A stretch of 64,000 nucleotides of DNA from IMG/VR virus record IMGVR_UViG_3300050503_000206; one strand, written 5' to 3'. The position numbers were made by a program, and so were the translations under genes. Each line of letters starts with the position of its first letter. The first letter of the stretch is position 1. This document shows, piece by piece, positions 34,908 to 45,228 of the stretch. The notes under the pieces were generated by a model. The model was not told the DNA's origin. It ran no database searches and worked only from the letters and a program-made list of their open reading frames with translations. This DNA comes from an uncultured virus (IMG/VR IMGVR_UViG_3300050503_000206) (Duplodnaviria; Heunggongvirae; Uroviricota; Caudoviricetes).

Positions 34908-35998
34908 GGCGTGCTCGTGATGATGTGGCAGATCTCGTCGATCTGTTCGTCGGTGAGACCGACGTAGGTGGGCAGGCAGAACCCGCTTTGCGCGATACTC
35001 CGACTCACGTCGAACGGACCGCCACGCGCGTCGTGGTACGGCGGCAGCAACGTGAGGGGCACGAATACCGGACGGGTCTCGATGCTGGCGGCCTCGAGCC
35101 GATGCACGACCGACTCACGGTGGCCCGGGTACGGGGCGCAGAACGTCGCGAGCCATGGGGCCTCTACGGCGTGCGGTGGTGGGACCGGATGGAAGTACCC
35201 GTGCGGCACGAGCTGGTCGCGGTAGCGCTGCACGATGGCTCGACGTCGCGCCACCATGGCGTCGGCGCGCTCGAGCTGAGCACAGAGGATCGCGCACGCG
35301 AGGTTCGTGAGCCGGAAGTTGTAGCCGATGACGGGATGGAAGTAGCGACGTCTCGGATCGACGCCCTGTCCACGCAGTGTTCGGAGGCGGATGTGAAGCG
35401 CCTCCTCGTTGACGACGACTGCACCGCCCTCGCCCGAGGTCAGGATCTTGTTGCCGTAGAAGGAGAAGATGCCGATCTTGCCGATCGCCCCCACGCGCAT
35501 GCCGTGGTACTCGGCCCCGTGCGCTTCGGCCGCGTCCTCGACGACCCATAGGCCGTGGATCGCGGCGATCCGCATGAGTTCGTCCATGTCCGCAGGGACG
35601 CCGTAGAGGTGCACGGGAATGATGCCGCGCGTGCGGTCGGTGATGGCGAGTTCGACCATCTCCGGGTCGATGCACCACGTCGTCGGATCGACGTCGACGA
35701 ACACGGGCGTCGCGCCGACGTAGCGCACCGCGTTGGCGGTCGCGATGTACGTGAGGCTCGGGACGAGGACTTCGTCGCCGGGGCGAAGGCCCATCGCGAG
35801 CATGGCGAGGTGCAGGGCGGCGGTCCCGTTGCAGACGCCGAGCGCGAAGCGGGCGTCGCAGGCGGTCGCGAAGTCGCGCTCGAATGCGTCGACGAACTTG
35901 CCGCTCGAGGAGATCCACGACGAGCGCAGCGCCTCGACGAGGTAGCTCTCTTCGTTGCCCGACAGATCGGGCGCCGACACTGGGATCCGGTACGCCAT
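34904..35998 (-). CDS. DegT/DnrJ aminotransferase, perosamine-synthase-like
   Basis: WISSSG, NGTAALHLA, VEDAAEAHG, SFYGNKILTSGEGG, GYNFRLTN, IETRPVF. Confidence 0.9.
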   Translation of the reverse strand: MAYRIPVSAPDLSGNEESYLVEALRSSWISSSGKFVDAFERDFATACDARFALGVCNGTAALHLAMLAMGLRPGDEVLVPSLTYIATANAVRYVGATPVFVDVDPTTWCIDPEMVELAITDRTRGIIPVHLYGVPADMDELMRIAAIHGLWVVEDAAEAHGAEYHGMRVGAIGKIGIFSFYGNKILTSGEGGAVVVNEEALHIRLRTLRGQGVDPRRRYFHPVIGYNFRLTNLACAILCAQLERADAMVARRRAIVQRYRDQLVPHGYFHPVPPPHAVEAPWLATFCAPYPGHRESVVHRLEAASIETRPVFVPLTLLPPYHDARGGPFDVSRSIAQSGFCLPTYVGLTDEQIDEICHIITSTP

Positions 35999-36417
35999 CA
36001 GTACGTCTTGTGGGCTTCGGCGGTGACGACGGCGTCGTGTCCGGCGATCACGGCCGCGAACTTCGCATCGATGGCGTCGACAAGCCGCGAACGCTGCACG
36101 TTCAGATCGCAGCAGCGCTTGACGATCTGGTGGAGTTCGGACATCGAGGGGCCGTAGCGCGCCTTGAACTCGTCGTCCGTCATCTTGCGGATCGCGTAGA
36201 GCTGCTCCTGGTTGTGCCACATCTTGAGATCGACGGTGATGAGCTTGTCGATGAGCGATCCGAGCGTATCCATCGGTTTCGGTTCGTCCTTCTCGGAGAT
36301 GTCCCGTGCGTCTCCGTAGCTAAGCTGATCCACGACCTCGATTGCTTCGGAAACGCTCGGAGGAAATCTCCGCGTCGACTGCTCCAGCCAACTCCGGATC
36401 CCGTTGACGTCGATCAT
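35998..36417 (-). CDS. Hypothetical helical protein of the kind found in glycan clusters (DUF4254-like)
   Basis: TLGSLIDKLITVDLKMWHNQE...LNVQRSRLVDAID. Confidence 0.6.
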   Translation of the reverse strand: MIDVNGIRSWLEQSTRRFPPSVSEAIEVVDQLSYGDARDISEKDEPKPMDTLGSLIDKLITVDLKMWHNQEQLYAIRKMTDDEFKARYGPSMSELHQIVKRCCDLNVQRSRLVDAIDAKFAAVIAGHDAVVTAEAHKTY

Positions 36418-37316
36418 GAGAGCACCTTCCGGAGGGCCATCTCCACCTGGTCGTAGGTCGAGAAGTAGATGACGTCGCGCTCGTCGAAAATGTCGCATCC
36501 GATCGGGTTGCCGTACACCAGACGAGGCAGACGCCCGACGTTGGCGCTCGTCAGCGTCGCCACGAACGGACCCGACAGACGGGCCAGCATGGCAACGCAG
36601 ATCTCGGAGAGTCTCGAGATCTCGATGAGGTTCATCGCGCTGCAGTCGATGAGGTTCGGTGGCCCCGGAGGCGGCTTCGCGCAGCAGTAGAACTTCATGT
36701 GCGGGAAGGCGGTGGCGAAGAAGACGAGAAACGGATTGAGGTCGACCGTCTGCTGCCCGGAGAGCACGGGGCCGTTCTCCACGAGCACGCCGGGATCGGC
36801 CATCGGTGGCGTGCCCGGTCCCCAGTCGATGGGCGGCACCTCGCCGTCGACATCGATGGTCGGTAGGTCGTACTTCTTCGCTTGGCGGTTGTACGACGTG
36901 ACGTGCGTGCGATGGCTGAGACCCGATTCGCCGAGTAGGCGCGGCCACTCGGCGTCGTCACCTGCCCCGAACCACAGGTCGATCCGACGCACGTCGGCAT
37001 CGCCATCGTCGGTCCGCATCGGCAGACCCAGGTCCTCCCAGAGATACCGGTAGCGCGGCTGGCAGCGCAGCTCGAGCGCGACACGGTCGATGAGCAGCGG
37101 CCGGACGCGGCGGATGAGCGGGCGGCAGAGGATCACGTCGCCGGCGTGGTACATGTTCTCGAGCGCGACTCTCATGACTCCCATGGCGATGTCTCCTCTG
37201 CGCACCATCTTGGCGTGTACCCGCGTCTTCGGCGTATCGGCCATCGCGACGACGTCCTGACCGTTGTGCCGGCGGGGGATGTTCCGGCGTGACCGTGCCG
37301 CTCGGATCTCACGCAT
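36414..37316 (-). CDS. Putative glycosyltransferase (GT9-like); start uncertain (37316/37244/37175)
   Basis: HAGDVILCRP...NLIEISRLSEIC...SGP. Confidence 0.55.
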   Translation of the reverse strand: MREIRAARSRRNIPRRHNGQDVVAMADTPKTRVHAKMVRRGDIAMGVMRVALENMYHAGDVILCRPLIRRVRPLLIDRVALELRCQPRYRYLWEDLGLPMRTDDGDADVRRIDLWFGAGDDAEWPRLLGESGLSHRTHVTSYNRQAKKYDLPTIDVDGEVPPIDWGPGTPPMADPGVLVENGPVLSGQQTVDLNPFLVFFATAFPHMKFYCCAKPPPGPPNLIDCSAMNLIEISRLSEICVAMLARLSGPFVATLTSANVGRLPRLVYGNPIGCDIFDERDVIYFSTYDQVEMALRKVLS

Positions 37317-38091
37317 GCACCACCTTGGGCAGCGGGCAGGCCTGCCATAGTCGCTCCGCGACACGGTCGCACGCGAACGATCGCGATGCGTCGATGGCCC
37401 ACTGCTCGCTCACCGACGAGCAGAGAAACGCCACCGGCGGTTCGGTGTCGAGCGACGCGAAGAAGTCGTTGAACTTGAAGCCGTCGCCAACGAGCTTGTC
37501 CGAGAACGACGCCCACACGACCGGCTTGCCGTACGCGATGGCGGCCACGAGCCCGTGCAAGGTGTTCGTGACGACGACCTCCCACGAGCAGATCGTGTCG
37601 ACGATGGACTCGACGGTGCCCAGCGACGAGACGACGGGGAAGCGATCTCCGAATCGCGCGCGCACGTCGTCGACGTCGATCCACGAGCTCAAGATCCCCA
37701 CACGCGCGCGTAGCTCGACCTTCGGCGTGTAGAAACGCGGCAAGAGCAGGCCCGGATCGCCAAACGCTACCGGGGCATGACCTGCCTCGCGTACCTTCGC
37801 CATCGACAGAGGACCTCGCGTGGCGACGATCCGGAAGACGTCGCTCGGCGGCGCCATCCGGGACGGGTCGAGATCCGATGCGAACGCCGATCCAGCTCCC
37901 CAGACGACGCCGCGGCGGATGCTCCATCCCAGGATGCTGCCCGTCACGAGAAACGGCACCGCCGGAGCTACCGGATCGGCGAAGCTCGGCGACTGTCCCG
38001 TGATCTTCTCGACGAGCCACGGCGCCATCCGATCCCCGAAGTTCTCGGAGACGTGCCAGTAGAGCGAAAGTGGCGGGACAGGGCTCGTCAT
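37309..38091 (-). CDS. Polysaccharide pyruvyl transferase family protein
   Basis: NFGD, GSIL, WGAG, RGPLS, GDPGLL, LHGLVAAIAYG, FKFNDF. Confidence 0.85.
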   Translation of the reverse strand: MTSPVPPLSLYWHVSENFGDRMAPWLVEKITGQSPSFADPVAPAVPFLVTGSILGWSIRRGVVWGAGSAFASDLDPSRMAPPSDVFRIVATRGPLSMAKVREAGHAPVAFGDPGLLLPRFYTPKVELRARVGILSSWIDVDDVRARFGDRFPVVSSLGTVESIVDTICSWEVVVTNTLHGLVAAIAYGKPVVWASFSDKLVGDGFKFNDFFASLDTEPPVAFLCSSVSEQWAIDASRSFACDRVAERLWQACPLPKVVHA

Positions 38092-38174
38092 CGGTCTTTC
38101 TGGAGGACGCGGACGGATCCGTGTCGCTCTCGTACGCGGTCGTGTCGTCACGCCACGACTCGACCGCAATCGCA

Positions 38175-40265
38175 TCATCGGCCGCTCCGCAGCGCGGCCA
38201 CGATCGCCGCGAGCTCCTCCATGCGCGCGGTCCATGTGTGCCGGGTGCGGGCGAGCTCGGCGGCGGCCTTGCCCATGGCGCGGATCTCGTCGGGCCGCGC
38301 GCGCCAGTGCCGGATCTGCTCGAGCATGTCAGGCACGGTGGTCCAGCCGATGCAGTTCTCGCCCTCGACGAGGCCGAGGCCGGCCATGTCGTCGAAGCGA
38401 CGCACGAGCGGCGTGCACCCGCACGCCATGGCCCGGATGAGGCGATCCGAGGTGTAGCGCGCGAGCCGACTCGTGAGCGAGATCGACAGCGCCATCTTGC
38501 TCTCGCGGTATGCATCGCCCGCTTGGATCTGCGGCATGCCCTGCGTGCCCCAGCCGCTGCCGTAGATCCCGGCACGCGGGATCGACTTGAGGGCCATCAC
38601 GGCATCACGGCGCAGCTGCGCTTCGGAGTCGGGCAGGACGTCGTACTGACGGTTGTAGTCCTGTCCCATCCACACGACGTCGTGGCGACGACCCCACTGC
38701 TCGTCGGATCCGGGCTTGTAGCGGTCCTCGTCGTAGCCGATCTGCAGATACGCCGCGTTCTGCATGCCGCGGCTGCGGTGCAGTTGGACCTGACCCGTGC
38801 CCGTGAACAGCATCACGTCGACCTCGCGTGCGACGAGGTACGACCACTGATCGGACAGGCCGGCCCATGGACCGTTGGTCGGTCCGACGTCGCCCGACCA
38901 CACGCAGACGACGAGCGACGGGTCGTGTACGCCTTGCCGAATGGCGCGGATCGCTTCGGTCGTGATGACGCGGTCGGCCTGCAGCTGCAGGAACACGAGC
39001 GTCGGCTGCAAGTCGCGCGCGGCCTCGACGAGCGCGCGATCGCGGCTGGCGGTGTCGGGGATCTTGGTCCAGTCGATCCGGTGGTGGCCCGCCGTGCCGA
39101 GTCGCTCGAAGGCCTGCGCCATCGAGCGCTGCGGATCGTCTGCGGTCCACAAGTGCAGCTGCAGCACGCGCTCGGGGCTCGGGCGCGTGCGCGGAGGGAG
39201 CTCGCCCAAGGCCGGATCCACGCTCTCGAGCCGGTGCCAGCGCTGGCGCGGCGTCTCTCCGACCTCGAGACTGCGCAAGGTCGCGATCTCGTTGGGTGTC
39301 ACCGAGGGAAGAGGCCCTCTGAACGCGAGCCGGTCGGCCGACGGCCAGCGCTTGAAGAACTGACCCCGCTGCTTGTCGCGGCGAAGGTTGGCCTTGCGCA
39401 GGTCGTCTTGGACCTCGTCGTGGCGCACGCGGGCATCCTTCGCTTCGGCGATCCGATAGCCGAGCCGGTACACCCAGCACGACAGCTCGTTGTCGCCGCC
39501 GTAGGTCGAGTAGCACGTGGCCCACATGCCGCCGCAGATCCCGGTGACGGCGCGCAGGATGTTCGCTCGGGTCACGGCGAAGTTGGCGTAGATCCGGTCG
39601 AGTGCCTTCTCGATCTTCCAGCGGCCCTTCTCGAGGAAGGACATCGCGACCTGGCCGACCATCGGATCCTCGAAGTACTTGAGCGCCCGCTCGACGGTGT
39701 CCTCGAAGAGCTCGGCATCGTCGTTGAGCGCCATGACGAAGCGCCCGCGGCTGCGCTGCCACGCCGCGTTGAACGCTGCCACCGCACCGTCGGTACCGCC
39801 ATCGACGACGATGCAGTCGGCCTGCTCGGCCAGCCAGCGACCACTCTCGTCGTCCGTGTCGCCGACGCCGACGACGATCTCGTAGCTCGTGCGCGCACAG
39901 GCGCGACGGATCGAGCGAACACAACGCTGCAGCAACTGCAGGCGCTTGTGCGATCCGAACACGATGCTGAGATCGACGGCGTAATCGTCGCGATCGGGCA
40001 GAAGCGGATGGATGAGGCCGTGGTCGAAGACCTTCACGCCCGACTCGCGAGATCGCAGCGCCGCGCGTCCGACGAGGGCGTCGGCGCGGGTGCGGCTGGG
40101 CACGGGTGTCGTGGCCATGGCGACGGGTCCGCGCCGGCGACCGCGGGTGAGCAGGATCGGCGTGTCGCCGACGGCCTTGGGCACGTTGACGTCGACGACC
40201 TTGGCCGACGCAGCGGGTCCTCGCTCGGTGATGGTGATCCCGGACGTCTTGAACTTGGCGCTCAT
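38175..40265 (-). CDS. Bifunctional glycosyltransferase (GT2 plus CgeB/GT-B-like)
   Basis: LNDDAE, YGGDNELS; C-terminal YTSDRLIRAMACG...HTWTARMEE. Confidence 0.8.
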   Translation of the reverse strand: MSAKFKTSGITITERGPAASAKVVDVNVPKAVGDTPILLTRGRRRGPVAMATTPVPSRTRADALVGRAALRSRESGVKVFDHGLIHPLLPDRDDYAVDLSIVFGSHKRLQLLQRCVRSIRRACARTSYEIVVGVGDTDDESGRWLAEQADCIVVDGGTDGAVAAFNAAWQRSRGRFVMALNDDAELFEDTVERALKYFEDPMVGQVAMSFLEKGRWKIEKALDRIYANFAVTRANILRAVTGICGGMWATCYSTYGGDNELSCWVYRLGYRIAEAKDARVRHDEVQDDLRKANLRRDKQRGQFFKRWPSADRLAFRGPLPSVTPNEIATLRSLEVGETPRQRWHRLESVDPALGELPPRTRPSPERVLQLHLWTADDPQRSMAQAFERLGTAGHHRIDWTKIPDTASRDRALVEAARDLQPTLVFLQLQADRVITTEAIRAIRQGVHDPSLVVCVWSGDVGPTNGPWAGLSDQWSYLVAREVDVMLFTGTGQVQLHRSRGMQNAAYLQIGYDEDRYKPGSDEQWGRRHDVVWMGQDYNRQYDVLPDSEAQLRRDAVMALKSIPRAGIYGSGWGTQGMPQIQAGDAYRESKMALSISLTSRLARYTSDRLIRAMACGCTPLVRRFDDMAGLGLVEGENCIGWTTVPDMLEQIRHWRARPDEIRAMGKAAAELARTRHTWTARMEELAAIVAALRSGR

Positions 40266-41089
40266 GGTCGTTTTCCGATCTTGGTGGCGCGACCCAAGGG
40301 CTCAGCGCGCACGCGTCCGCGTTCCTGCACGTGGGCACGCGGGGCTTCGGCGCGGATCGGATCCTTGGGTGGCGGCGGAACGTGGGGACGGATGGTGCGG
40401 TTGCGAACGTCGACCTGCGGCGGCCTCGGCGTGTTCGACTCGGGCTTCGGGCCACTCCACGCGCAGTGGTGGTCGGCCATGCTGTCGTGGAAATGCCGCG
40501 ACATCCGACCGTGGTGGACGTCGAGCGCCGATCCGACGTCGAGCATGAAGCGGCGCTTCTCGATCGAGATCTTCTGCCAATACTTCAGGGCGATGATGTT
40601 GCTGCACGGGCCGGCGGCGAGCAGGACGTCGCGATCGGCCTTCATGATCTCTGCGACACAGCTGTCCACGTCCCACTGCTTACTGACGCCGTCCTCGGGG
40701 ACACGGATGTCCCCGAACCATGAGCCCACCACGATGGCGCTCGCGAACCGCTCGAGCACTTCTTGGACGCGGTAGAGGTTGGCGTGAAGGAACAAGGTCG
40801 CGAACGTGCGCTGCGGCGTCGGCACGCGGACCGCAGGATGGATCCGAACGCCGGTGCGCAGGCAGCAGGGCGGCGGCAGCCCGACGCACCAGCGGTCGCC
40901 GTTGTGGCGCAGGCTGTCGACGAGGTTGCCGCGTAGCCACGTCGGGCCGGAGACCTTCCATGCGTCGGCGCTCTGGTGCGCGTTGCCGTCGATGAGGGCG
41001 ATCTCGCCGTCCCCGAAGCGCACGAGGCACAGCGGCTCGGTCTGCCCGAGCAGCGCATCGAAGTCGCGGCCGTGGTCTTGCGTGAACAT
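40262..41089 (-). CDS. GT-D-fold (DUF1792-like) glycosyltransferase
   Basis: LVRFGDGE...LAAGP...LDVGSALD. Confidence 0.75.
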   Translation of the reverse strand: MFTQDHGRDFDALLGQTEPLCLVRFGDGEIALIDGNAHQSADAWKVSGPTWLRGNLVDSLRHNGDRWCVGLPPPCCLRTGVRIHPAVRVPTPQRTFATLFLHANLYRVQEVLERFASAIVVGSWFGDIRVPEDGVSKQWDVDSCVAEIMKADRDVLLAAGPCSNIIALKYWQKISIEKRRFMLDVGSALDVHHGRMSRHFHDSMADHHCAWSGPKPESNTPRPPQVDVRNRTIRPHVPPPPKDPIRAEAPRAHVQERGRVRAEPLGRATKIGKRP

Positions 41090-41466
41090 CAGTTCTGCTC
41101 GACGATCGGTTGCGGGTAGAACATGATGGAGATCTGTACGCCCTTCCCCTCCGTGTAGAACTCTGGGGCGACAGAGATGACGCTACAGAAGATCTTCCGC
41201 TGCCCCGATCGTCGTAGGCGAGTTGCAATCTTCTCGAAGATCTCGTCGAGCACACGCTCAGGGTCGTCTCCAGAGACGCGCTCGATCTTGAATCCGGCGT
41301 CGATCAACTCGTCCTTGACCGCGTCGAGGAACTTCTCGGTGGTATCGGTCGGCAGCGATCCTTCGCCTCTCCGGTCCATCATCGTGACTTGGAATCCGAG
41401 AGCAGGAAACGAGTGCACGAAACGTTGGAGTGCAATGCCCCAGTCGGTTTCCCGCAGCTCCTTCAT
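41089..41466 (-). CDS. Hypothetical protein
   Basis: SD GGAGG; MKELRETDWG... Confidence 0.55.
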   Translation of the reverse strand: MKELRETDWGIALQRFVHSFPALGFQVTMMDRRGEGSLPTDTTEKFLDAVKDELIDAGFKIERVSGDDPERVLDEIFEKIATRLRRSGQRKIFCSVISVAPEFYTEGKGVQISIMFYPQPIVEQN

Positions 41467-41729
41467 CGTATCCTCCGTAGCAGCCGACGCACGCGCCGGA
41501 TCTCGTCGTGGGTGAGCGGCGGCTCGGGCTCGACCGCCGGATACGAGGGCATCTGTGGGATCGGTTGCGGCTGAGGATCCGGCACGGACGGCACGAACGG
41601 CGCGGTCGAGCACACGCATGGCCTGAAGTGGCAGCGTCCGCAGAACCCGTCGAACGACGGCGATCCGGTCGAGCACACGCACGGACGCCGGTGGCAGAGG
41701 CCGCAGGACTCGGAGTGGTTGATCAGCAT
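41463..41729 (-). CDS. Small protein with duplicated CxxCHxRPCVC motif
   Basis: CGLCHRRPCVCST and CGRCHFRPCVCST. Confidence 0.55.
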   Translation of the reverse strand: MLINHSESCGLCHRRPCVCSTGSPSFDGFCGRCHFRPCVCSTAPFVPSVPDPQPQPIPQMPSYPAVEPEPPLTHDEIRRVRRLLRRIR

Positions 41730-41901
41730 CGTTCTCACATCCCCCGCGGACCGCGGGGTTTGGCGCGAGCTCAACAGCCGCCGTGGACCCACACCTCGGC
41801 CGACACGGACGAGCCCGGGTTCGGCTTGGGTCGTCGCATCGCGACCGATCGCATCGCCGCGACATGGCGCGTGATGGGGCTCGGCCTGCTACGGCCGGTC
41901 G

Positions 41902-42096
41902 TCAGTCGCTCTCGGATGGTGTCTCGGTGGAGAAAACGGAGCATGGGTCGATCTTGCCGGGTTTCTCGATGTAGCGGGGGTTCTTCGACCACTTGTGGAC
42001 GCCGCAGACGAAGCGACCGTCTCGTTGGATCCATCCGGCGTTGTCGCACCGGACGTTCACGCCGACTCGGATCGCTTCGCAGCGGCGCCCGCTCAT
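41902..42096 (-). CDS. Small zinc-finger-like protein
   Basis: RCEA...RC...VCGVH. Confidence 0.45.
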   Translation of the reverse strand: MSGRRCEAIRVGVNVRCDNAGWIQRDGRFVCGVHKWSKNPRYIEKPGKIDPCSVFSTETPSESD

Positions 42097-42244
42097 TTGC
42101 GGACCTGCGCCGCCGTCTGCCGGATCGACCAGCAGCACGTCGTGCGCTCGTAGACGACGTGGCCGTGCTTGGCCGGCCGCAGGCCGATGCGGATCCGCAC
42201 CGACTTGCGGTGAGCCGCCGTCTTGCCGACGCGGATCGTCGTCT

Positions 42245-43633
42245 TCACGGCGTCGCGTCCTTCGGCGTGTCCTTCGGACCCTTCGCCAAGGGAGCGACCG
42301 CCGGCGGCGGCGGAGCGGGCGTCGGCGACGGATGCGAGAACTCCTCCTGGCTCATCTGCGTCGTCGAGGCCGCGGCCATCACCGGGATCGGCTCCCAGCC
42401 CGCGGCGCGGTACTGGTTGTAGATGTCCTGGCGGTACCACAGCGACGGGTAGTCGTTGTTGCGCTTGTGCTCGATGTCGATCATCTCCGACGTCGAGCCC
42501 GCGACGATCGGCGGATCACGCATGCCCCAGCTCGCCTTGTCGGCCGGACTGTTGGACAGCGCGACGATCTGGTAGCCCTGCTCCTGCAGCGCTGCGCTCA
42601 CGTGGATCGGCACGCCGAGTCGCTGCGACGCCGGCATCGATCCCAGCCGCGGGTAGCTGAGGATCGCATCGAGCAGCTCGCGGGGCATCATCCACCCGCC
42701 GCGCGCGACGTCGACGACGGACTCGTGGACGCTCGGTGCTTCGGGACCGACCGGGTAGAAGTCGTCGTAGTTGTCGCTCTGGTAGCAGTAGCCGCCCGCG
42801 CCCACGATGATCTTCTCGCCCCGCTGCTCGGCGAGCTCGAGCCGCTCGTACGCGAGACGGATCCAGTTGATCCCCGGGATGCAGTCGTCGTCGAGGATGA
42901 GAACGTACTTCGTCGCCGTCTCCTGGGCGAAGCGCCAACGCATCCACGGCCCCATGTCGGCGCCGGCGGTGAGCTTCGCGAGCCCGTTGAGCGCGCGATC
43001 GTTGAGCTGCACGCCGACGGGGTTGATGAAGCACGCGAGCGCAGCGGGACGCACGGTCGAAGTGTCGATCGCGCGACGCTGATGCTCGATCAGGTTCGGT
43101 CGAGCTCGCTGGCTCAGCATGATGGTCAGGTCGATGACGGGCGCGGCCGCTGCCGTCGGAGCCGTGGCCGGCACGGCCGGCGCGCCGGCCCATGCGCGGT
43201 TCGGCGCGGGGCTCGGCGTCGCGATCTGCCGCGTCGGCTGCGGGCCGATCCCCGCGTGCACCGGCTGTCCGTGCTCGACCATCTTCGCGCCTCGAGCTCC
43301 GGTCGGCCGCCCGGCGCCGTGCATCGTCACCGTGGCGCCCATCTGCGGGCCGGCCACCGGTGCGGCTCCGCGCACGCGGACGTTCTGGGCTTCCTGGGCG
43401 CCGCCTTCGGTCATCACCACGTTGGTGCCTTGGGGGCCGAAGCCCTTGACCGTCCCGGGCGGCAGGTGGGCGCCACGCTTGCTCGCTTGGACCTTCGCGT
43501 CGTCACTGTCGGGTGAGGGGATCACCTCGTAGCCGCGACCGGTCGGCTGTGCGCCGGGGATCTGCGGCGTAAGGGAAGGCGGCGGCACCGACTGCGCGCG
43601 TGCGAGGAGTTCATTGCGTCTCTTGGCATCCAT
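42245..43633 (-). CDS. GT-A (GT2-like) glycosyltransferase with disordered N-terminus
   Basis: YVLILDDDCIPG. Confidence 0.7.
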   Translation of the reverse strand: MDAKRRNELLARAQSVPPPSLTPQIPGAQPTGRGYEVIPSPDSDDAKVQASKRGAHLPPGTVKGFGPQGTNVVMTEGGAQEAQNVRVRGAAPVAGPQMGATVTMHGAGRPTGARGAKMVEHGQPVHAGIGPQPTRQIATPSPAPNRAWAGAPAVPATAPTAAAAPVIDLTIMLSQRARPNLIEHQRRAIDTSTVRPAALACFINPVGVQLNDRALNGLAKLTAGADMGPWMRWRFAQETATKYVLILDDDCIPGINWIRLAYERLELAEQRGEKIIVGAGGYCYQSDNYDDFYPVGPEAPSVHESVVDVARGGWMMPRELLDAILSYPRLGSMPASQRLGVPIHVSAALQEQGYQIVALSNSPADKASWGMRDPPIVAGSTSEMIDIEHKRNNDYPSLWYRQDIYNQYRAAGWEPIPVMAAASTTQMSQEEFSHPSPTPAPPPPAVAPLAKGPKDTPKDATP

Positions 43634-44585
43634 GGTCTGGTTCCTGGGGTAGTCGCGCGTGGTAGCGCGTCGTTGACGTCTTGCCCGTCCTGCGGACGGC
43701 CTTGTTCTGCACGAGGCGCGCGAGCGCTCGCTGGAGATCTTTCTCGCTCGCGTCGGGCATGGCCGCGGCGAGCATGGAGAGGTTCACACCCACACCGTTG
43801 CTCGAGCGCACGAAGTCGAGCACGGTCTTATCGAGCTGGTAGCGGACGCGCTTGGCGTGACCCTTGGTGGTCGTCGCGATCAGATCGGCTTGCAGCGGGC
43901 GGTTGTCGAACAGCGGCGACGAGAGATTGCCGAGGCCGAGCGCGTGGTAGCGCTGGTCCTTCTCGGCCCCCCAGAACCGACGGCCCGAACCGATCGCCGC
44001 GACGCCGGTAGTCGCGACGCCAGCGAAGGGATCCGCGATGAGCTCGCCGGGATCGGTGAAGTCCTCGATGAGCTGCCGCAGCAGCATGAGCGGCTTCTGC
44101 GTCGGGTGCAGGCGCTGCTCTTCGGGCACGACGGTCGCGCTCCACTCCGCTCGCTTGCCGCCGCCGTTCCAGTACTGCTCGAGGTAGGCGCCGTGGCAGA
44201 TCACGATCGCCTCGTTGCCCTGGCTCGGACCTTTGCCCTTGAACAGCGGCGCGGGGTTGATCTTGCGGTAGTGGCCGGTGCACCAGAACACCATGCCGGC
44301 CTGCACGAGCGCGTTCTTCCACGCGGGCACGCCCTCTTCGTAGTCGGTGATCACGATCGCCCAGCGACGTGTCACCGACGCGATCGTGCGAGCACTGCGG
44401 TCGAGCAGCTCCGGCGTCATGGGCTCGAAGTCGAAGTTGCCGCGGTCGCGCACGGTCTCGGCGGCGTGGTTGTCGTCGACGCGCTTCGAGAAGGGGCTGT
44501 CGGTCAGCGTGACGTCGACGGGTCCGATGCCGAGCATCCCGTTGGGGCCGTCGCCGCACTCGAAGCGCCACGCAGAGTCGGACAC
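43611..44585 (-). CDS. N6-A/N4-C DNA methyltransferase (beta class) with C-terminal winged-HTH
   Basis: TDSPF (motif IV variant), HPTQKP, DPFAGVATTG; C-terminal LQRALARLVQNKAVRRTGKTSTTRY. Confidence 0.85.
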   Translation of the reverse strand: MSDSAWRFECGDGPNGMLGIGPVDVTLTDSPFSKRVDDNHAAETVRDRGNFDFEPMTPELLDRSARTIASVTRRWAIVITDYEEGVPAWKNALVQAGMVFWCTGHYRKINPAPLFKGKGPSQGNEAIVICHGAYLEQYWNGGGKRAEWSATVVPEEQRLHPTQKPLMLLRQLIEDFTDPGELIADPFAGVATTGVAAIGSGRRFWGAEKDQRYHALGLGNLSSPLFDNRPLQADLIATTTKGHAKRVRYQLDKTVLDFVRSSNGVGVNLSMLAAAMPDASEKDLQRALARLVQNKAVRRTGKTSTTRYHARLPQEPDHGCQETQ

Positions 44586-44631
44586 GGATCGGTTCTACCG
44601 TTCTGTCCGAACTCCCGCAATACCGTTCGGC

Positions 44632-44660
44632 CAGTTTGGGAGAACGGTTCCCCCAAACTG
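44632..44660. promoter_or_regulatory. Near-perfect palindrome upstream of the methyltransferase
   Basis: CAGTTTGGGAGAAC-G-GTTCCCCCAAACTG. Confidence 0.6.
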
Positions 44661-44988
44661 TCACGAGCACGCGCGGTCACGTTCACCGTTTTTGTCCGAA
44701 CACCACGACCAACGTAACGTCGCGTGACGACGGGCAGATCGGTGTGGACGGTGGACGCGTTCGCGCGTGCGTTCCGACTACCATCGTGAGACATGTTTGT
44801 TAGACCACGGTTCGTGGTGGACAGCGCGGATGATCTCGTGTCCGAAGCACTGCGGGCAGATCCGCCGTTGCAGCTTGGCGAGCGCGCCGAGATTCGGCGA
44901 CGCGACCGCGTGGTCACGCTCGAGCTGCAGCAGCTCGCGCCGCACGCCGAATGGGTCGAGGTCACGCCGTAGCCCTTGGGAGGGTCTC

Positions 44989-45228
44989 GTGAAACAACAA
45001 CCGGATGGATTTGCGATCAGCTTCAACCGCTACGACCGCAACAAGCGGTGGGGATGGAAGCAGACCAAGGATCTCGAGGCGTCGCAGCTCGCGGGCCACG
45101 TGTTGCAGCGCAACGGACTTCGAAGCCGACGCGCCGCGCTCAACGATCTGCTCGCCGAGCTCGAACGGCGGGCGCTGAAGCCCGCGTCCGCAGCAGAGCA
45201 GACTCAGGCGATCGCGACGACCGGGTAG
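44989..45228 (+). CDS. Small hypothetical protein
   Basis: SD GGAGG; MKQQPDGFAISFNRY... Confidence 0.45.
   Translation: MKQQPDGFAISFNRYDRNKRWGWKQTKDLEASQLAGHVLQRNGLRSRRAALNDLLAELERRALKPASAAEQTQAIATTG

Noticed and set aside
44778..45026. Possible small minus-strand gene
   Set aside because: It has no convincing start or SD and overlaps a plus-strand candidate, so it is left uncalled.
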